The position numbers and the translations under genes were made by a program. Below are positions 28,039 through 32,000 of a stretch of DNA of 32,000 nucleotides, piece by piece. The notes under the pieces are model-generated. The model saw only the letters and a program-made list of their open reading frames with translations, had not been told where the DNA came from and ran no database searches. The stretch's first letter is position 1; each line of letters begins with the position of its first letter. The stretch comes from Candidatus Electrothrix sp. GW3-4. GTDB taxonomy: Bacteria; Desulfobacterota; Desulfobulbia; Desulfobulbales; Desulfobulbaceae. The stretch covers positions 2,100,001 through 2,132,000 of the forward strand of contig NZ_CP147990.1 of NCBI RefSeq assembly GCF_037902255.1, read 5' to 3'.

Positions 28039-29568
28039 ATGGCCCATCTCTTTTTTGGCATAGATATCAGCGATGATTTGCTGAGTGGGGTTGCTATTGC
28101 CGGAAGCGGCAAAGAGGCAAAAGTGGCTTCCTGTGCCTTTTGTCGGCTTGATGAGGATAACCAGCTTACAGAACAGCTCCCTCTCCTGCTGGAAGAGCTC
28201 CAATGGCCGAAAAAAGGGCATTGTGATATCGGGCTTACGCTCTCCGAACTAAGTCTGCGCAATATCACCCTGCCCTTTGCTGATGATAAAAAGATTGAGC
28301 AGATCCTCCCCTTTGAACTTGACGAGCAACTTCTCCTCCCTGTAGACCAACAGGTCATCGCCACGACGTCAACAATGGTGAACAAGGAGAGCGGAATAAC
28401 GCAGCTGATGACAGCTGCCCTTGAGAAGGAAACCCTGTCCCAATATCTCTCACTCTTTCGTGATCAGGGTCTGGAGCCGGACCGTATCAGTCCGACCGAT
28501 TTCGTGCTGGCAGAGAGGATTATCCGAAGTGATCAGGAAGCAGAAAATTTTCTGCTCCTTTCCTGTGACCTCTCTGCGACCACCGTAACCGTCATCCATC
28601 AGGGTGCGGTTGTTTTTATGCGGCAGCTTGCCTATCCGACTGAGGTGTTTACAGAGGCCCTTTTCTCTTTTGATGGCAAAGAGGTCCATACAGACGATCC
28701 CGATAGTGCAGAACGCGCGGTCAGTCAGGTCTGCCGAGCAGTTGAACAAAGTGTGAATCTCTTCAGGCAGCAGTCCTCGCTCAACCTGCGCCCAGACTAT
28801 GTCCTCCTGACGGGCCCCATGCTTCTTGGCCAAGGGTTTCAGGAAAAGGTTGCAGCTCAAATCGGGCTGCCGGTTAAAAGAACTGATCTGATACATGCAG
28901 ATACTGCGACCCTGTCAGCAAGTATTGCCGGTCAATGGGTCCCGGAAATCTTTGATCGTCCCCTTGCCCTTGCTGTCCAGGCCGGATCTCGTAAAAAGAC
29001 GGCGGCTTTCAATTTTCGCAAAAACGAATTTGCCCCGCCCCATTACCTCCTCCGTTCAAAGAAGCAGCTCGTAGGTGCGACCGTGACCGCTGGCGCGCTC
29101 TTCCTGCTTTCCTTGGGCTATCTCTTTTTCGATGCCCGCCAGCTGGAAAAGAGACATGATCAACTTTCTGACCAAATGGTGAAGGTCTTCAAGGCAAGCT
29201 TTCCTGGTATCAATCCAAGTGGAGACGCCCTGCTGCATATGCGCTCCAAACTGCAAGGTATGGGTACCGTTTCCGTTTCCATGCCCATTTTCAGTGAAGA
29301 CAAGCGAGTCCTGGGTATTCTCTATGATATCTCAGCCCGTATTCCGACCTCTCTTGACCTGCATGTGAGCCTGTTGGTTATTGACAAGACGTCAGTAAAC
29401 CTTAAAGGAACAACTGCTTCATACAACGATGTAAATACAATTGTAAGCATTTTGAATGAATCAGAAATGTACACAAAGGTGAAGCTTGAACAATCATCAA
29501 CAGTAAAAGATGGCATTCGTTTTGATATCAAACTGCAGCTTAGTAGTGCGGAAGGAGAAGGTTCGTAA
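28039..29568 (+). CDS. gspL: Type II secretion inner-membrane platform protein GspL (PilM/actin-like cytoplasmic domain, one TM, periplasmic domain)
   Basis: Starts MAHLFFGIDISDDLLSGVAI (PilM/GspL-like). Single TM helix VGATVTAGALFLLSLGYLFF. Position between gspK and gspM agrees. I prefer the ATG at 28039 over the track start at 27934. Confidence 0.6.
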   Translation: MAHLFFGIDISDDLLSGVAIAGSGKEAKVASCAFCRLDEDNQLTEQLPLLLEELQWPKKGHCDIGLTLSELSLRNITLPFADDKKIEQILPFELDEQLLLPVDQQVIATTSTMVNKESGITQLMTAALEKETLSQYLSLFRDQGLEPDRISPTDFVLAERIIRSDQEAENFLLLSCDLSATTVTVIHQGAVVFMRQLAYPTEVFTEALFSFDGKEVHTDDPDSAERAVSQVCRAVEQSVNLFRQQSSLNLRPDYVLLTGPMLLGQGFQEKVAAQIGLPVKRTDLIHADTATLSASIAGQWVPEIFDRPLALAVQAGSRKKTAAFNFRKNEFAPPHYLLRSKKQLVGATVTAGALFLLSLGYLFFDARQLEKRHDQLSDQMVKVFKASFPGINPSGDALLHMRSKLQGMGTVSVSMPIFSEDKRVLGILYDISARIPTSLDLHVSLLVIDKTSVNLKGTTASYNDVNTIVSILNESEMYTKVKLEQSSTVKDGIRFDIKLQLSSAEGEGS

Positions 29569-30107
29569 TGGCCAGGTTACGTCAGAAAGATAAAAGGGCG
29601 GTGCTCATCTTGCTTATTGCGCTTGTTCTTTTTGCCTTTGTTCAATTCGCCGTTTCCCCCCTTCTTGCTGAGCGCAAACAGTTGGAACGGAAGATTCGAA
29701 GCAAAGAGAACGGGCTCACTGAAATGCAGACAATGCAAAATGAAATCAAGATGTTAAGTCGACAAAATAATAGCTTTGAGCAATTGCTCGCAGCTCGTCC
29801 AGCAGATTTCAACCTCTTTGCCTTTCTCGAAGAAAAATGCGCAGAGACCCAGGTCAAGGATAATATCTCCTACATGAAGCCCACTAACGCCACAGGGGAC
29901 GGGGCAGTTCAACAGTTGATGGTCAAGATGAAGCTGAAGGCTATTCGTCTCAACCTCCTGGTTGCCTTTCTGGAACGCGTCGAATCAGCAAAAAATATCG
30001 TGGCGTTAAACTATATAAAAGTTGATGTGAATGAAAAAGATCATGGTACACTGGATGTGACTATGCATGTCATCACCCTGGTCCAATCCGAACTGATCGG
30101 TGACTAA
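29568..30107 (+). CDS. gspM: Type II secretion protein GspM (PilO-like bitopic protein)
   Basis: 179 aa with an N-terminal TM helix (VLILLIALVLFAFVQFAV), a coiled coil and then an alpha/beta domain. Its start overlaps the gspL stop. Confidence 0.55.
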   Translation: MARLRQKDKRAVLILLIALVLFAFVQFAVSPLLAERKQLERKIRSKENGLTEMQTMQNEIKMLSRQNNSFEQLLAARPADFNLFAFLEEKCAETQVKDNISYMKPTNATGDGAVQQLMVKMKLKAIRLNLLVAFLERVESAKNIVALNYIKVDVNEKDHGTLDVTMHVITLVQSELIGD

Positions 30108-30110
30108 ACC

Positions 30111-31073
30111 ATGGGTATGAAGTTGCTGAAATGTTCTGGATACCTGCTCTATACCGTGGTTGTCGTGTTTTTCCTGCTCTGGTATAAGTTTCCTGCTGAT
30201 GCGTTCAAGGCCAGGATCGAAAAAGATCTGAATATGATGACCCCAACCCTGCAATGGGGCGTGAAAAAAATATCCCTGGTCCCACCGTTCAATGTTCAGT
30301 TGCGTCATATCAGTATTACAGGAAAAAAAGAACAGGAAAGACTTCTCGAAGTCCAGTCAGTTAACCTGATCCCTGACCCTATAACCTGGAAACAGACGGG
30401 AAATATTGCAGGAAAATACAGACTCAACCTCCTTAATGGAACAGTGACAGGTCATCTTGCTTTGACCAAGGACCGCAGCGCACTTGAATATGACGGTACG
30501 GTACAGGATGTCCAAATAGATAATAAAGAGCCGGCCTTTATCCAGCAAGATTACCAAAGAACCCTACATGGTACCTTATCAGGTAATTTTTCCGGGACCC
30601 GGAAGCTAAAAAAGAAACATCAAAGCCTGCAAGGGCAGTTCACCTTTGCAAAAGGTGAACTGAGCCTGCAGCAGCCAGTTTTGGGCATGAAGCAGATAGA
30701 CTTTGACAGGATAGAGACCCAGCTCGCTTTCAGCTCAGGAACGATATCCTTAAGCCAGGGCAAGGTGAACTCCCCCTTATTTGCTGCAGACTTTCAAGGC
30801 AGCCTGCATACAACAGTCCCCTGCTCGCTCTCTCGCATTGATTTAAAAGGTTTTTTTCGACCAAGAGCTGAATTTGCCTCTTCCATAGACAGCCCTTCAC
30901 TTGTGATGCTCCTGAAAAAAGAGATGCAACAGGGCAATCTTCCTTTTACGGTGAATGGCTTACTCAAAGCACCAGGGATTAAATTTACCAGCCTTCCTCC
31001 CACATTTAATAATCAGATGGGGCTGATCAGAAAACAGCTGCGGCAAATGCCCCAAGGGGGCCCGGCAAAATGA
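30111..31073 (+). CDS. gspN: Type II secretion protein GspN-like
   Basis: 320 aa with an N-terminal TM helix (LLYTVVVVFFLLW) and a beta-rich periplasmic part. Position after gspM agrees. Called mostly from context. Confidence 0.5.
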   Translation: MGMKLLKCSGYLLYTVVVVFFLLWYKFPADAFKARIEKDLNMMTPTLQWGVKKISLVPPFNVQLRHISITGKKEQERLLEVQSVNLIPDPITWKQTGNIAGKYRLNLLNGTVTGHLALTKDRSALEYDGTVQDVQIDNKEPAFIQQDYQRTLHGTLSGNFSGTRKLKKKHQSLQGQFTFAKGELSLQQPVLGMKQIDFDRIETQLAFSSGTISLSQGKVNSPLFAADFQGSLHTTVPCSLSRIDLKGFFRPRAEFASSIDSPSLVMLLKKEMQQGNLPFTVNGLLKAPGIKFTSLPPTFNNQMGLIRKQLRQMPQGGPAK

Positions 31074-31969
31074 TCCGACTCCTGCTCAAATTAGCTGGTA
31101 TCTTTGTGCTGGCATATGCGGCAGTCCACCTGGGATATGCCAAGCTGGAAAAGGAGCTCTTACGTCGCAGCTGCTTTGACATCGTGGGACAAGTAACCCC
31201 TGAGCCAACAACTCAGGGAGATGGCAATAAAGCCGCCCAGGATAGGGTTAAGAGACTGACGCAGGAAGACCAACAGCCAGCAGCAAGATCTGAGGAAGGG
31301 GCGCCAAGAGTACCTCCTGTTTTACCTACAGATGGCCAGGTTATTGATTATGAAAACCCGGACCTCCAGCTCATCATCCGCCGAAATATTTTTCAGCTTA
31401 TCCAGGAAGAACAGCCAAGAATAGCAAAAAAACAGCCCGTGGCGGTACAGGAGACGGCCCCGGAGGTCCCCACAACATTGAATCTGACCCTCTTGGGTAC
31501 TGTGCTGGGTGATGAGCAAGGTTCCAGAGCAATTATTATTGAAGAGAAAAAAAATGAGCAAAAGCTTTATCAGATTGGCGATGCCGTGCAGGGGGCTATA
31601 ATTGAGTCTATTGAACGCGGTAAAGTCATTCTTGACGTGTTTGGTGCCAGGGAAACCCTGATGATGAAAAAGCGGGAAGGCGGTGGCCCTGGCCTGCCGA
31701 GCCTGCCTGCTCGCATTTCTCCTCCTGAGCCAAGACCTGCCCCAGATCTGATGGAAGATGAGGTTGATGACATTGAAGTAGATGAGGATCTTGAAGAAAA
31801 ACAGGTCCGGACAACCCGAAGGCCCCCTTCTATCCGGCCCCACCGCCGGATAAATTTTCGGCGTAATCCTATCCGTAGCGTAGCTGGCAGAGACGATGTG
31901 GGAGAAGAGGATGCCCCGGAGGGACGAGAGAGTACCCTTTCCGAAGAAGATTTACCCCCTTTGGATTGA
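31070..31969 (+). CDS. gspC: Type II secretion protein GspC-like (HR domain present, no PDZ-like C-terminus)
   Basis: N-terminal TM helix. The HR-like segment LTLLGTVLGDEQGSRAIIIEEKKNEQKLYQIGDAVQGAIIESIERGKVILDVFGARETLMM resembles the secretin-interacting domain of GspC/PilP. ATGA overlap with gspN. Confidence 0.6.
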   Translation: MIRLLLKLAGIFVLAYAAVHLGYAKLEKELLRRSCFDIVGQVTPEPTTQGDGNKAAQDRVKRLTQEDQQPAARSEEGAPRVPPVLPTDGQVIDYENPDLQLIIRRNIFQLIQEEQPRIAKKQPVAVQETAPEVPTTLNLTLLGTVLGDEQGSRAIIIEEKKNEQKLYQIGDAVQGAIIESIERGKVILDVFGARETLMMKKREGGGPGLPSLPARISPPEPRPAPDLMEDEVDDIEVDEDLEEKQVRTTRRPPSIRPHRRINFRRNPIRSVAGRDDVGEEDAPEGRESTLSEEDLPPLD

Positions 31970-32000
31970 TTATATCAGACCGGAACACTTTGCGAGCGCC

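Overview
All 27 genes I can support lie on the + strand, and most are core metabolism. In order they are:
- An 11-subunit-type complex I operon, nuoD (5'-truncated by the window edge) followed by nuoH-I-J-K-L-M-N. nuoD abuts nuoH, so nuoE/F/G are absent.
- A 620-bp non-coding gap.
- A roughly 1350-aa DUF748/AsmA-like envelope protein with an internal tandem duplication.
- purF, an MFS transporter, guaB and guaA.
- An NYN-nuclease/cold-shock-domain fusion, a small 2x[4Fe-4S] ferredoxin, glucokinase and a Ca2+/Na+ antiporter family protein.
- An orphan Cys-containing secreted protein.
- A translationally coupled type II secretion operon in the order gspG-H-I-J-K-L-M-N-C, which runs to the window edge.

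I found no rRNA, tRNA, CRISPR array, transposase or integrase, and no obvious novel multi-gene system. The three observations most worth following up are:
1. A roughly 100-nt intergenic element occurs twice, upstream of purF and upstream of the gsp operon. It has a 28-nt core (26/28 identical), a hairpin whose two differences are base-pair compensating, and a terminator-like hairpin downstream. This makes it a candidate unclassified structured RNA or leader.
2. Five reading-frame breaks in four genes, including housekeeping guaB, all fall between 9.3 and 16.7 kb. Each is repaired by adding one base to a homopolymer. One sits on a canonical A-AAA-AAA slippery heptamer. Two in-frame A9 tracts in gspK are intact.
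3. The T2SS operon has a permuted gene order and a GspC that lacks a PDZ-like C-terminus.

Gene content would fit a Desulfobacterota-like anaerobe, but that is an impression I cannot verify without a database search.
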